Source of the DNA: Armatimonadota bacterium
GTDB lineage: Bacteria > Armatimonadota > HRBIN16
Length of the DNA: 64,000 nt
Direction of reading: 5' to 3'
Assembly: GCA_963677485.1 (NCBI GenBank)
Contig: OY781964.1
Coordinates: 2,688,001 to 2,752,000, forward strand
Position 1 is the stretch's first letter. Each line of letters begins with the position of its first letter. The notes beneath the pieces were generated by a model. That model worked only from the letters and a program-made list of their open reading frames with translations. It had not been told where the DNA came from and ran no database searches. Made by a program: the position numbers and the translations under genes. Below are positions 38,831-49,165 of this stretch, piece after piece.

Positions 38831-40553
38831 AACTCTGCTGCCCTATCTGCGTAACTATAAACTGGCCGCAATCCTCTGCCCGATTTTGATGCTATTCGAA
38901 GTGTTCGGCGATATCTTGATGCCGCTGCTGATGGCGCATATCATCGACAAAGGCATTTCGCAGAAGGATATGCACACCATCATCTATACAGGTGTTGGTA
39001 TGATCCTGCTGGCACTGTTCGCGCTGGCCTGCGGTGCCTACGCCAGCCGTTTAGCGGCGGTGGCTTCCATTGGTGCTGGAGCCGAGATACGTAATGATCT
39101 ATTTCAGAAGATACAGTCTTTCTCTTTTGCTAACCTAGATAGATATAGTATCCCCTCGCTCATCACGCGCCTGACGTCAGATATCAACAATATCCAGCAG
39201 ATCATCATGATGAGCCTTCGAATCATGGTACGTGCGCCTTTTATGATGATCCTGGCTCTTGCCATGACACTATTCATCAACCCTCAACTCGCCATGGTGT
39301 TCATTGTGGCCATCCCGCTGCTGAGTATCTCACTGGTGTACATCATGTCCAAGGCACACCCACGGTTCAAAATACTTCAAACAAAGATCGACGGACTAAA
39401 TACCTCAGTCCAGGAGAACCTGATCAACATCCGCGTGGTGAAGTCTTTTGTGCGCACCGACTACGAGCAGCAGAAGTTCAAGGCGTCCAATGACGACCTG
39501 ATGAACAGTGCGCTTCACGCTTTACGGCTGGTGATCACGCTGATGCCGATCATGCAGCTCATCATGTTTGGCTGCATCATCGCCATCCTGTGGTTCGGCG
39601 GTAAAATGGTCAGCGTCGGCCATATGCAGACCGGCCAGTTGATCAGCTTCATCAGCTATGTCACGCAGATATTGATGTCGCTGATGATCCTGTCGATGGT
39701 GTTCCTGATGCTCACCCGCGCGAAGGCTTCGGTGGAGCGTGTGGTCGAGGTGATGGAGACTGAGCCAGATATCGTCGATCCAGCTCAGGCCGTCACATCG
39801 GTGGCGGACGGCTCCATTGAGTTTCAGGATGTGCATTTCAGGTATGCTTCGGGCTCAGGCGACGAAACACTCGCCAAAGTCACCCTGCGTATCGAAGCTG
39901 GCGAAACCATTGGAATCATCGGCTCCACTGGCTCCGCGAAGACCACTCTGGTGCAGCTCATCCCCCGGCTGTATGACGTGACCGCGGGTGCAGTGTTGGT
40001 GGGCGGGGTCGATGTGCGCAAATACGCTATCAGCCATCTTCGGGACGCGGTGGCGATGGTTCTGCAGAAGAACACTCTCTTCTCAGGTACTGTGCGGGAG
40101 AACTTGATGTGGGGAAATTCCAACTCCACCGAGCAGCAGATACAGCAAGCGTGCGAAGCTGCTCAAGCCTGGGATTTCATCAACGAGCTGCCGGAGGGGT
40201 TGGATTCCAGCCTGGATCAGGGTGGCGTGAACCTGTCAGGTGGCCAACGCCAGCGGCTGTGTATCGCCCGTGCCTTGCTGAAGCAGCCCAAAATCATCAT
40301 ATTGGATGACTCCACCAGTGCTGTCGATATGGCGACCGATGCGCATATCCGTGAGAGCTTTAATACCCGGCTGGCGGATGTGACCACGCTGATCATCGCA
40401 CAGCGTATCAGCTCAATTTCCCACGCCGATCGGGTGATCGTGATGGATGACGGTAAGGTGAACGGCTTCGGCACCCAGGAGCAGTTGCTAGAGAACAATG
40501 AAATCTACCGCGATGTTTATGAGTCGCAGCGGGAAGGGGCGTTAGCAGGATGA
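38823..40553 (+). CDS. Heterodimeric ABC exporter subunit (TMD+NBD, degenerate site)
   Basis: SLITRLT.D, GSTGSAKT, LSGGQ and ILDDSTSA motifs. Confidence 0.93.
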   Translation: MLKTLLPYLRNYKLAAILCPILMLFEVFGDILMPLLMAHIIDKGISQKDMHTIIYTGVGMILLALFALACGAYASRLAAVASIGAGAEIRNDLFQKIQSFSFANLDRYSIPSLITRLTSDINNIQQIIMMSLRIMVRAPFMMILALAMTLFINPQLAMVFIVAIPLLSISLVYIMSKAHPRFKILQTKIDGLNTSVQENLINIRVVKSFVRTDYEQQKFKASNDDLMNSALHALRLVITLMPIMQLIMFGCIIAILWFGGKMVSVGHMQTGQLISFISYVTQILMSLMILSMVFLMLTRAKASVERVVEVMETEPDIVDPAQAVTSVADGSIEFQDVHFRYASGSGDETLAKVTLRIEAGETIGIIGSTGSAKTTLVQLIPRLYDVTAGAVLVGGVDVRKYAISHLRDAVAMVLQKNTLFSGTVRENLMWGNSNSTEQQIQQACEAAQAWDFINELPEGLDSSLDQGGVNLSGGQRQRLCIARALLKQPKIIILDDSTSAVDMATDAHIRESFNTRLADVTTLIIAQRISSISHADRVIVMDDGKVNGFGTQEQLLENNEIYRDVYESQREGALAG

Positions 40554-42535
40554 GCACTGAGTGGCAAAAAGCGAAAGCCGTTCGTCGAGATCAGGGCATC
40601 GGAGGCCCCGGCCCGGGTCATGCCCCCTTCGCCACGGTAAAACCAAAGAACGCCGTCAAGACCTTGATGCGGCTATTCGCCACGCTGGCCGGCAGCCTGC
40701 CGCTGCTGATCGCCGCGATGGTGTTGACTATCCTCAGCGCCTTCGCCGGAGTGGCAGGCACCTATTACCTGAAGCCGTTCTTCAATGGTTTGATCGGCGG
40801 GGTCGGCCCGGCCGGGATGCTGGGCACGCTAGGCATGATGACGTTGATTTTCCTGGCGGGTGCGCTCTGCACCTACCTGAGCAGCCTGATGATGGTCACC
40901 ATCGCGCAGCGCACCACCAACCGCATCCGCACCGCGCTGTTCTCGCACCTGCAAAAGCTGCCGCTACGCTACTTTGACAGCAACACGCAGGGCGAACTGA
41001 TGAGCCGCTTCACCAACGATGTGGACAACGTAAATATGGCGTTGGAGCAGAGCCTGTCATCGACCATCACCTCACTCATCACCGTGGTGGGCACCTTCTT
41101 GATGATGCTGTGGTTCAGCCCATTTCTGACGCTGTTCATCGTGCTGATGCTGGTCGTGATGGGCTACGCGATGAAATACGTGGGCGGCAAGAGTGCTCGG
41201 TATTTCCGCGAGCAGCAGAAGTCGCTGGGAGCGCTCAACGGCTACATCGAGGAGATGATGGAAGGTCAGAAGGTGGTCAAGGTGTTCAACTACGAACAGA
41301 CCGCCCAGAAGGAGTTTGGTAAACGGAACGAGGAGCTGCGTTTGGCTTCGACCGATGCCCAGACCTTCGCCGGTATGCTGATGCCCATCATGGGTAACCT
41401 GTCCTACATGAACTACGCGGTGACCGCCATGGTGGGCGCGATTATGACCATCCGCGGGCTGATGGACATCGGCACCATCGCCGCGTACCTGCAATACACT
41501 CGGGCCTTCTCACAGCCCATCACGCAGATCGCCAACCAGATCAACATGCTGCTGGCTGCTCTGGCCGGTGCTGAACGTATTTTCGATGTGATGGACCAAA
41601 CCCCGGAGATTGACGAAGGCAAGGTTCGGCTGGTCCTGGCCACCCGCAACGCCGATGGCTTGCTGATCGAGCACGAAGGTGACCCCACTGCCGACTTTGA
41701 GCATAGTTTCCATGCCGCAGATGCCACGCCTGATGAGCCCCTGGAAAGCCTGCTGGCCTGGCGCACCGTGTCCGCCGATGGCACCGTCAGCCTGCGGGAA
41801 TGCCGCGGTGATGTACGCTGCGACGAGGTGGATTTTGGCTATGTGCCCGAGAAGCTGGTGCTGAAACAACTCAGTGTGTATGCCGAACCCGGGCAGAAGA
41901 TCGCATTCGTGGGCTCCACCGGTGCGGGCAAGACCACCATCACCAACCTGATCAACCGGTTCTACGAGATCGAATCGGGCAGTATCACCTACGACGGCAT
42001 CGACGTCCGCGAGATCAACAAGGCGGATCTGCGCCGCACGCTGGGTGTGGTGCTGCAGGATGTACACCTCTTCCAGGGCAGCATCCGCGAAAACATCCGT
42101 TATGGTAAAGCGAACGCCACCGATGAGCAGATTGTTCAGGCTGCGAAACTGGCCAATGCCCACGGTTTTATCAGCCGTCTGCCCGATGGTTATGACACGG
42201 TGCTGACCGCCGATGGCATCAACCTTTCGCAGGGTCAGCGGCAGCTTCTCTCCATCGCCCGCGCGGCCGTGGCTGATCCGCCGGTGCTGATTCTGGACGA
42301 GGCCACCAGCTCCATAGACACCCGCACCGAGCGGCTGATTGAGCGGGGTATGGGCCAACTGATGCATGGACGCACCACCTTTGTGATCGCCCACCGGCTG
42401 TCTACCGTGCGCAACGCCGACGCCATCATGGTGCTGGAGAACGGCGAGATCATTGAGCGCGGTAACCATGCCAGCCTGCTGCAGCAGCGAGGGCGGTACT
42501 ACGAGCTGTGTACCGGCATCGCGGAGCTGGCTTAG
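40550..42535 (+). CDS. Heterodimeric ABC exporter subunit (TMD+NBD)
   Basis: GELMSRFTND, GSTGAGKT, LSQGQ, ILDEATS and IAHRLST motifs. Confidence 0.93.
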   Translation: MSTEWQKAKAVRRDQGIGGPGPGHAPFATVKPKNAVKTLMRLFATLAGSLPLLIAAMVLTILSAFAGVAGTYYLKPFFNGLIGGVGPAGMLGTLGMMTLIFLAGALCTYLSSLMMVTIAQRTTNRIRTALFSHLQKLPLRYFDSNTQGELMSRFTNDVDNVNMALEQSLSSTITSLITVVGTFLMMLWFSPFLTLFIVLMLVVMGYAMKYVGGKSARYFREQQKSLGALNGYIEEMMEGQKVVKVFNYEQTAQKEFGKRNEELRLASTDAQTFAGMLMPIMGNLSYMNYAVTAMVGAIMTIRGLMDIGTIAAYLQYTRAFSQPITQIANQINMLLAALAGAERIFDVMDQTPEIDEGKVRLVLATRNADGLLIEHEGDPTADFEHSFHAADATPDEPLESLLAWRTVSADGTVSLRECRGDVRCDEVDFGYVPEKLVLKQLSVYAEPGQKIAFVGSTGAGKTTITNLINRFYEIESGSITYDGIDVREINKADLRRTLGVVLQDVHLFQGSIRENIRYGKANATDEQIVQAAKLANAHGFISRLPDGYDTVLTADGINLSQGQRQLLSIARAAVADPPVLILDEATSSIDTRTERLIERGMGQLMHGRTTFVIAHRLSTVRNADAIMVLENGEIIERGNHASLLQQRGRYYELCTGIAELA

Positions 42536-42634
42536 GGGTCGGAGTTCACACGCGGAGACGCGGAGGGCGCGGAGGGGAGCAAACGCAAAGGCGCAAAGGG
42601 GCAAAGACGCAGGGGATACGAATCCGTTGGTCAT

Positions 42635-42862
42635 TTGTCTGAACCACGGATGGACACGGATGAACGCGGATGGGATCAAACGCAAAGACGCAAAGGGGCA
42701 AAGGCGCAATGATATGTGATTACGCCGGTCATTCGTCTGAACCACGGATTTCACAGATGGGTTCAGATAGGTGCGGATGGGGAGGCAACCAATCGGGCGA
42801 ACGGCGTTCCCAGGAGAAATCCCCCTTTGCGTCGTTGCCCCCTTGCGTCTTTGCGTTGAATC
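42635..42862. repeat. Composite repeat, left direct copy flanking 43021-46316
   Basis: Collinear with 46801-47010 (AACCACGGATGGACACGGATGAACGC...ACGCAAAG...CCTTTGCGTC). Confidence 0.85.
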
Positions 42863-42936
42863 CCTCTCCACACCAACCCAGATGTAAACCAAAACTAGAT
42901 AAATCAGACCCGTTTTCGTAATCAGCTAAAAACCAC

Positions 42937-42964
42937 TTGACTCGCAAACCATATCGGGTATAAT
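42937..42964 (+). promoter_or_regulatory. Probable sigma70 promoter
   Basis: TTGACT-16 bp-TATAAT upstream of 43021. Confidence 0.55.
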
Positions 42965-43020
42965 GACCACATAACAGGCGTATATAAGCCTGGATACGAT
43001 CCAATGATGGGGGTATCAAT

Positions 43021-45201
43021 ATGAGTATGTACGTCGCCGTTCCGGTTTTGTTGTGTCTATTGCTGTTTACTGGGTGGGTAGCATGCGCCACGCCCAACAT
43101 GTGGAGTACGGGACAACCGATTAGTGCCAGCATGACCGAATCCCCTGCGGGAACAGTCCATGCCCCCGGCACCAAAAGTTACACCATTACCGCCACCGAC
43201 ACAGACACCGCCTTTCCTAACTATGTGGGTCCTGTGCCCGATACCCTGACCTACGCCTGGACCGCCACCAAAGGCACCATCTCCGGTGGAGCCAACGCCA
43301 CATGGACCATACCTGCCGATGTCAGAGGACTGATTAGCTGTCAGGTGGTGATTGATGATGTGGCCACGATGCCGCCCGGCGACTTTGGAGCACGGGATGA
43401 CACCGCTATCACCTTAACTCGAAGCATGACTGTGCCTTACGCCAACGCCCAGTATGAGACATTCGCCACTGACAATGTGTCTGGCGTAACCAAAATCCGC
43501 TACAAACTAAGCAATGTTGGCTGCAGTTGCCAGCAGCTCAAGGTAGAATACCAGGAGCAGGCCTCAAGCTTCCATACCTGCGACTGGACACCCATACTGA
43601 CTACGGGCAACCCGGCCCAACTGATCAGCACCACCACTGATGGCGATAGCGTGGTCAACCAGGTATACGAGCTATCCTGGAATACCCTGGGGCTGCATAA
43701 CGCAGACTACCAGTTACGGCTGAAGGCGGACTACAATTGCAACTGCCATCAGACGGCGTTCCGTAGCTTAGAGCAGACCCACACCGTGAATGTGAAGAAC
43801 CTGGATATCACCACTCGCAACCCAAACGGGAATGTGGATTACCTGCGATGGGACCCGGAGCAGAGTCTTGCTGATACCACCATTCAGAGTACGCTGGAAG
43901 ACCACGGCGGTACGTCCGGCACCACTCTGAATATCAGCATCTACCACTCCGACCGGACAGCCAACCCGACACCCGTCTGCACGGCTACCGTAACCACCGA
44001 CAGCAACCCTGTGTCCACATATACATGGGATGGGAAAGATGGCTCGGGAGCGACTTGTGCGCCTGGCATCTACCTGTTTACGGTCAACGCCACGCACAAC
44101 CAGACCGGCGGAGGGGACTCCGTAAGCGACCGTGCGTCGGATGCGTTCATCATGGAAGACCGTATGTTGAATGTGACAGGACAGGATGATAAGCTGGACT
44201 TTCAAGCGAAGGTTCAGGGAACAGTTGCTAATTCGACTATCATACGAATTGATCCACAATTAGCAGTCCTGGGATCATCAACAGGGACGACACCACTTAA
44301 CAGTCCGACGCCTACTACAACTTCCGACTGGCTTCAGGTTGCTAGAGTAGACCAAGATGGTGACTCCTCTATCTGGGTTATGTCAGGAAAAGACGGTACG
44401 CCAGAAAATGACAAAAGCCACACTGCAAGACCGGTATTGGCCTTAAATGATGACCTACCACCACTAAGTGTCTTAGGTGTCATTGGTGAAGAAAATTTTG
44501 GGGAGCCTATTGGATACATCCAAGCTATCTCTGCGTCGGCTGCATCTCTGTATAACACATTTGCACACGATACTTATCAAGGAGTATCACCAAATCGAGT
44601 AAAGCTTACGCATGCTAAACGACCGTCATTCGGTGGCATCTGTAACACCAACACATGCTCGATCTCTACAAGTTGGGTTCAGCAGAGCCTTGAAGAACTG
44701 CACCGTGGGCAGATAATAGAATCTCTCCATGCTATGCGGCAAAATAGATTATTCCTATTTGCAGGTCATAGTAATAATCTTCTCCTAATGTGTAAACAGC
44801 CATACTGTGCTGTAACATCGCTATCCACATCACGCATTAAAAATGATTGGGGCAAGATAGCTATACTAGTCGGGTGTGAGACGGCACGCAATGGTGGGGG
44901 GGTATCATTTGCACATGACCTAGCATCACGTGGCTGGCATGTAATAGGGTATAAACGCCTGCTGTTTTCTGACAAGGCTTCAGCTTTCATGGATGGACTA
45001 CGGGTATTTCTACCGATGTCCGACGTTCCTGGTAAATACGATCTGCCTATCACGGAACCATCTATCCGTACTTGGGTACAGTTGGCAAATGCATATGCCG
45101 CCGATAATTGCCCGAATTCTCCGAATGATGACGAACAAAAGGATTTAAAACGGGGAATAAAACCAATAAACTATTTCATATACATCCCTGCTGGGACATA
45201 A
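43021..45201 (+). CDS. Secreted Ig-like/FlgD-like domain protein with putative C-terminal His-Cys peptidase-like domain
   Basis: Signal peptide; LTYAW PKD-like segment; YTWDGKD..G....PGIY (FlgD-Ig); C-terminal FLFAGHS...ILVGCET. Confidence 0.6.
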   Translation: MSMYVAVPVLLCLLLFTGWVACATPNMWSTGQPISASMTESPAGTVHAPGTKSYTITATDTDTAFPNYVGPVPDTLTYAWTATKGTISGGANATWTIPADVRGLISCQVVIDDVATMPPGDFGARDDTAITLTRSMTVPYANAQYETFATDNVSGVTKIRYKLSNVGCSCQQLKVEYQEQASSFHTCDWTPILTTGNPAQLISTTTDGDSVVNQVYELSWNTLGLHNADYQLRLKADYNCNCHQTAFRSLEQTHTVNVKNLDITTRNPNGNVDYLRWDPEQSLADTTIQSTLEDHGGTSGTTLNISIYHSDRTANPTPVCTATVTTDSNPVSTYTWDGKDGSGATCAPGIYLFTVNATHNQTGGGDSVSDRASDAFIMEDRMLNVTGQDDKLDFQAKVQGTVANSTIIRIDPQLAVLGSSTGTTPLNSPTPTTTSDWLQVARVDQDGDSSIWVMSGKDGTPENDKSHTARPVLALNDDLPPLSVLGVIGEENFGEPIGYIQAISASAASLYNTFAHDTYQGVSPNRVKLTHAKRPSFGGICNTNTCSISTSWVQQSLEELHRGQIIESLHAMRQNRLFLFAGHSNNLLLMCKQPYCAVTSLSTSRIKNDWGKIAILVGCETARNGGGVSFAHDLASRGWHVIGYKRLLFSDKASAFMDGLRVFLPMSDVPGKYDLPITEPSIRTWVQLANAYAADNCPNSPNDDEQKDLKRGIKPINYFIYIPAGT

Positions 45202-45212
45202 TAGGAGTAACG

Positions 45213-46316
45213 ATGATGATCAAAAGATTGGTAGTTGCTTTGCTGGCAATCACAGTTACTATGATCGGCACTGCCGTTCGGTGTGATGCCCAATTACTTA
45301 CCCAAAATCAGGCAACCAGCGTTATACGGGGATGGCTAGGAAACGCGAGCTGGACACCAACGGAATGCGATGAATCTACGTATGTATGCCGATGTGGTAC
45401 CACTAAATATGTTTTTAGAATTAGAAATGCCACCGACGTACTGCGTAATGACCGTATATCCGGGAATCTACTATACTGGGCTTCAGGTTTTACCGATGAT
45501 GATAATAACGAAGACCCTCAAGTGCTCGAAGCCGCATTTAATGCCTGGGCACCTTCACACCTACCCCCGTCATTTTTGGCCAAAATGACTCGGTCCACAC
45601 CGTACTTCTGGTGCTATCGACAGGCTAATGGAATTGAACACCTAAGCACATCAATTGCGATATCCGTCAACGCACAAGGCCAGATAAACTACGCAAATAT
45701 CTGCGATTGTGTGTTGCCAGACTATACTGGTAGTATTCCTGTAACGCCTACACAAGCGATGCAGATTGCCGCAACATGGGTGTCTACGAAGTACGCAGGT
45801 ATTACGAATCAACTTTCTTGGCCACAACAATCTAGTAATCCGTACTATGGGTACAGGAATAATGCTCCAATTCTATACTATATGGTTTACTGTGTGTTGG
45901 ATTTTGGTAATGGACTGACTTCAGAACCAACCATCACTGTAAATGCAAATACAGGTGAGGTGTGGGATAATTCCAGTAGTATCGGTTCCGCAACGATGAG
46001 TAAACCTCATAAAACGACCATGCTCATCACCTTGTATGACAACAAGACCCAGATTGGCTACCCCAACTCACTGATGCCGTTAAAACCACTCCAGTCCCTC
46101 GCCAAAGGCCACAAGATCAGCGCAAAAGCGGGGGAGAAGGCCTTCACCATAGACGGCAAGCGGATTGCCCTGCCCGCGAAAGTGGTAGCCAAGGCAGGCA
46201 CGCTCTACCTCCCCTGGCAGGCATTGAAGTCGCTGCCGGGTGTGAAGTGCAGCTACGACGCGAAGCTGAACAAGCTGGACATCACCACCACACCGGCGGT
46301 GAAGAAGGCGAAGTAG
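45213..46316 (+). CDS. Secreted protein with PepSY-like segment and C-terminal copper-amine-oxidase-N-like domain
   Basis: AGGAG RBS; signal peptide; VTPTQAMQIA...ITVNANTGEV; FTIDGK..GTLYLP..L.G.K.SYD...LDI. Confidence 0.55.
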   Translation: MMIKRLVVALLAITVTMIGTAVRCDAQLLTQNQATSVIRGWLGNASWTPTECDESTYVCRCGTTKYVFRIRNATDVLRNDRISGNLLYWASGFTDDDNNEDPQVLEAAFNAWAPSHLPPSFLAKMTRSTPYFWCYRQANGIEHLSTSIAISVNAQGQINYANICDCVLPDYTGSIPVTPTQAMQIAATWVSTKYAGITNQLSWPQQSSNPYYGYRNNAPILYYMVYCVLDFGNGLTSEPTITVNANTGEVWDNSSSIGSATMSKPHKTTMLITLYDNKTQIGYPNSLMPLKPLQSLAKGHKISAKAGEKAFTIDGKRIALPAKVVAKAGTLYLPWQALKSLPGVKCSYDAKLNKLDITTTPAVKKAK

Positions 46317-46330
46317 GCACCGAAACCCAT

Positions 46331-46360
46331 AACCGGCGCGGGCACCCGCGCCGGTTTTTT
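46331..46360 (+). terminator. Intrinsic terminator
   Basis: AACCGGCGCGGG-CA-CCCGCGCCGG followed by a T tract. Confidence 0.85.
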
Positions 46361-46800
46361 CGTATTGGCTCCTCCCCTGTACCCGCTTGCGGGCTGCGAT
46401 ATCGATGACGCGCCGGCGATTCTGTCTGAACCACGGATCACGCTGATGACACGGATAGGTTCGGATGGAGAGGGAGGGCTAACCGCCAGACCGCGCCGGA
46501 GACGGGCCGCATAGTAATTGTAGGCGTACTGAGAAACCGGCGCGGTCAAGTACCCCCCGGCGCCTATGCGTCATTGCGTTTCGTCCTACCATTCGTGTCC
46601 ATTTGTGTTCATTCGTGGTTACAATAGAGTCCGTTACTCCATCGTGCCGATCGCTGCCCGCCTCGGAGAAAGACCGGCGCGGTCTTGGGTCTTGAGCTGC
46701 CGCTATCGTACTGTCAGACCGCCCCGGACATGGCCAAACAAAACCCGACGGCCAATTGGCGCATCGATAATGGGCACTCCGCTAGACCGCGATGTCGCTA

Positions 46801-47010
46801 TTGTCTAAACCACGGATGGACACGGATGAACGCGAATAGGATCAAACGCAAAGGCGCAAAGGGGCAAAGACGCAATGATATGTGATTACGCGGGTCATTT
46901 GTCTGAACCACGGATTTCACGGATGGCAAGGATAGGTTCGGATGGAGAGGGAGGGCTACAAGGTACTTCACCTTTGCGTCCTTGCCCCCTTGCGCCTTTG
47001 CGTTAGAATC
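46801..47010. repeat. Composite repeat, right direct copy
   Basis: Collinear with 42635-42862. Confidence 0.85.
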
Positions 47011-47015
47011 CGTTC

Positions 47016-49154
47016 CTAATCTGTGCCATCTGCGTCATCTGTGGATCTATTATCCCCTACCGGCAGAAGCGAGATACGCACCATCTCCTCGGTCTCCACG
47101 ACGGGTATACAGACAGACAGAACGCCGTCTTCCAACACGTACCCCATCACGGAGCCATCTGACACTCTTCGGCATCCCGCGAGTTCCCGGTCTTGCGGCA
47201 GACGCACCGAGGCGTGGATGTCATGCACGGGCACGTTGGGAAGCTCTAGCTGGTAGTTGGTGAAGCACAGCAGCAGACCATTGGTGTCCGCACTCTGCAA
47301 TACGGTGACCTCGACACAGCGGGGGGCATCGCACGCCACCAGCAGTTCCGATGCCGCATAGCGGTGCATCATGTCCATACCGAAGCTTTGCTGCGATTCG
47401 TTCTGCAGCGCGAACAGGGATGAGTAGAGGTAGACGCATCGGCCCTGGCCGTAGCTGTTGACAGTCAGACCAGCATACTCGCTTACCGCGCCGGGAGGGT
47501 TGGAATGGACGGAGGCATATTGTGCAGCATCGCCCGGGTTGAACAGCGGCTCTGACACCTGCCCCAGCACAGTGGCGGTGGTCGCCTTGACCATCGGTGA
47601 TGGCATGTCGGACAGCACATACTGAAGGTTACCTGTTGCTGTGCCATCGGGAACGGTGTCGGGCTCACCATGATATGCCAGGTAGTTCGTCCACTTCGAC
47701 ATCTTGCCGGTGTAAGTAACTCCAAACACATCAGCCAACTGGAAATCGCCTGAGGAGGTGCCGTCCGTGAGGTTGAGGGAGCTGCATCCGGTGGCGACCA
47801 ATGTGCCGCCGTCATAGACAAACTGCTGGATCGAATCCACCTCGGCGGTTGTCATGTTCATGGCGTTGTTGACTATTAATGTTCGGAGCCCGTGGAGATC
47901 AGGCCGGTCACTGGTGATGATCTTGTAGGGGATGTTGGCCCTTCCCAGTATGACGGATGTGCCGATGGTCTCTTTGATGGTTTGGATATCGCCGGGCGGA
48001 AGCATGTTGCTTCGGCCCCCGCTGGCCAGTTTCATGTCGGTGCCGTTGTCGCGAGGGTCAATATGGGAGGGCATTGAGAAATACAGTCCGACATCGGCCA
48101 ACAGACTCGCCTTCATGTCCCTCACGGCAGTCAGGAATGGCCGAACAGCAGCGTTCACCCGCCCGAGTTTGTCGTAAACCTCTGGGCAGAGGGTGCCGTC
48201 TGGGTTGATGGCGTCGATGAAGAAGCAGGCCCCGCCATTCGCCAGCGTGAGCGCGGCGTGGCACAACAGCTCCTCGTCACTTTTGGTGGAGGTGTGATCC
48301 CACAAGTTAACGCAGCGTGAGGTCATAAACTCGAAAGGCACATTCCGCGAGAAGGCTGACAGCACCTTGGTGACTATCGAGGCCTGATATCGCCCGCCGT
48401 AGAAGTCGCCGCTGGCGTATTCACATGCGGCGGCGATTCCGGGGCACTGGGCCGTCCTCCAGCCGAACAGCACTGGCGAGAACTGGTAGGTCACGCTGAT
48501 CTCCGGGCGTTCGGATTTCACATGCTGCCGCATGTCATCTACAAACTCAACCATCCATCTTTCGCGAGCCTGCTGGAAGGCGATCCAGGCTGGGTCAGAC
48601 CAGTTCACGATGTGCGGTATCTCCATGCCCGTTTCACGCCGGAACTTCGCGCGGCAGTGGGGGCATACGCAGACGATGGGCCAGAACACCATGTCGATGA
48701 ATATGCCATCCACATCATATGCGATCACTTCCGATATCTCCGCCTTCGCGGCCTTCACATACTCTGCGCTGTTCGGGCAGGCCAGCCAGAAGCGGCCCTC
48801 CTGCTGATGGCCGTCAAAGGCCTCCATGCGCCACTCGGGATGCGACTGCGCGGCGTGGTTGTGGAAGAGCGCGGTGGTGTAGGCGATGGGCACGATGCCC
48901 TCTGCACGCAGCAGATTCACGGTCTCGCCGAAGATATCCCGTCCGTGCAGGTTCGCATGCTGGTGCCCGACCTTCGTGGGATAGTAGCAGTTGCCATTAT
49001 GGTCGCAGGCATAGACCATGGCTGACTCAAACCCGCCTCTTTTGACCATGGCCACGTAATTGGCCGGGTCGAACTTGGTCATGAATGACGGGTCGTGTTC
49101 GGTGATGTGGTTGTCAATCAACAACCGTGTGTAACACTCTTCATACCAGGGCAT
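47016..49154 (-). CDS. Putative glycoside hydrolase (GHL6/GH42-like TIM barrel with trimerisation domain)
   Basis: CDHNGNCYYPT, HPEW, YDVDGIFIDM, C.C..C Zn site, FEFMTS and C-terminal GATase-like domain. Confidence 0.75.
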   Translation of the reverse strand: MPWYEECYTRLLIDNHITEHDPSFMTKFDPANYVAMVKRGGFESAMVYACDHNGNCYYPTKVGHQHANLHGRDIFGETVNLLRAEGIVPIAYTTALFHNHAAQSHPEWRMEAFDGHQQEGRFWLACPNSAEYVKAAKAEISEVIAYDVDGIFIDMVFWPIVCVCPHCRAKFRRETGMEIPHIVNWSDPAWIAFQQARERWMVEFVDDMRQHVKSERPEISVTYQFSPVLFGWRTAQCPGIAAACEYASGDFYGGRYQASIVTKVLSAFSRNVPFEFMTSRCVNLWDHTSTKSDEELLCHAALTLANGGACFFIDAINPDGTLCPEVYDKLGRVNAAVRPFLTAVRDMKASLLADVGLYFSMPSHIDPRDNGTDMKLASGGRSNMLPPGDIQTIKETIGTSVILGRANIPYKIITSDRPDLHGLRTLIVNNAMNMTTAEVDSIQQFVYDGGTLVATGCSSLNLTDGTSSGDFQLADVFGVTYTGKMSKWTNYLAYHGEPDTVPDGTATGNLQYVLSDMPSPMVKATTATVLGQVSEPLFNPGDAAQYASVHSNPPGAVSEYAGLTVNSYGQGRCVYLYSSLFALQNESQQSFGMDMMHRYAASELLVACDAPRCVEVTVLQSADTNGLLLCFTNYQLELPNVPVHDIHASVRLPQDRELAGCRRVSDGSVMGYVLEDGVLSVCIPVVETEEMVRISLLPVGDNRSTDDADGTD

Positions 49155-49165
49155 ATGCGGCCTCC

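Noticed and set aside
41510-42892. 460-aa minus-strand ORF and other long antisense ORFs
   Set aside because: Shadow frames of well-supported genes in GC-rich DNA, running into repeats.
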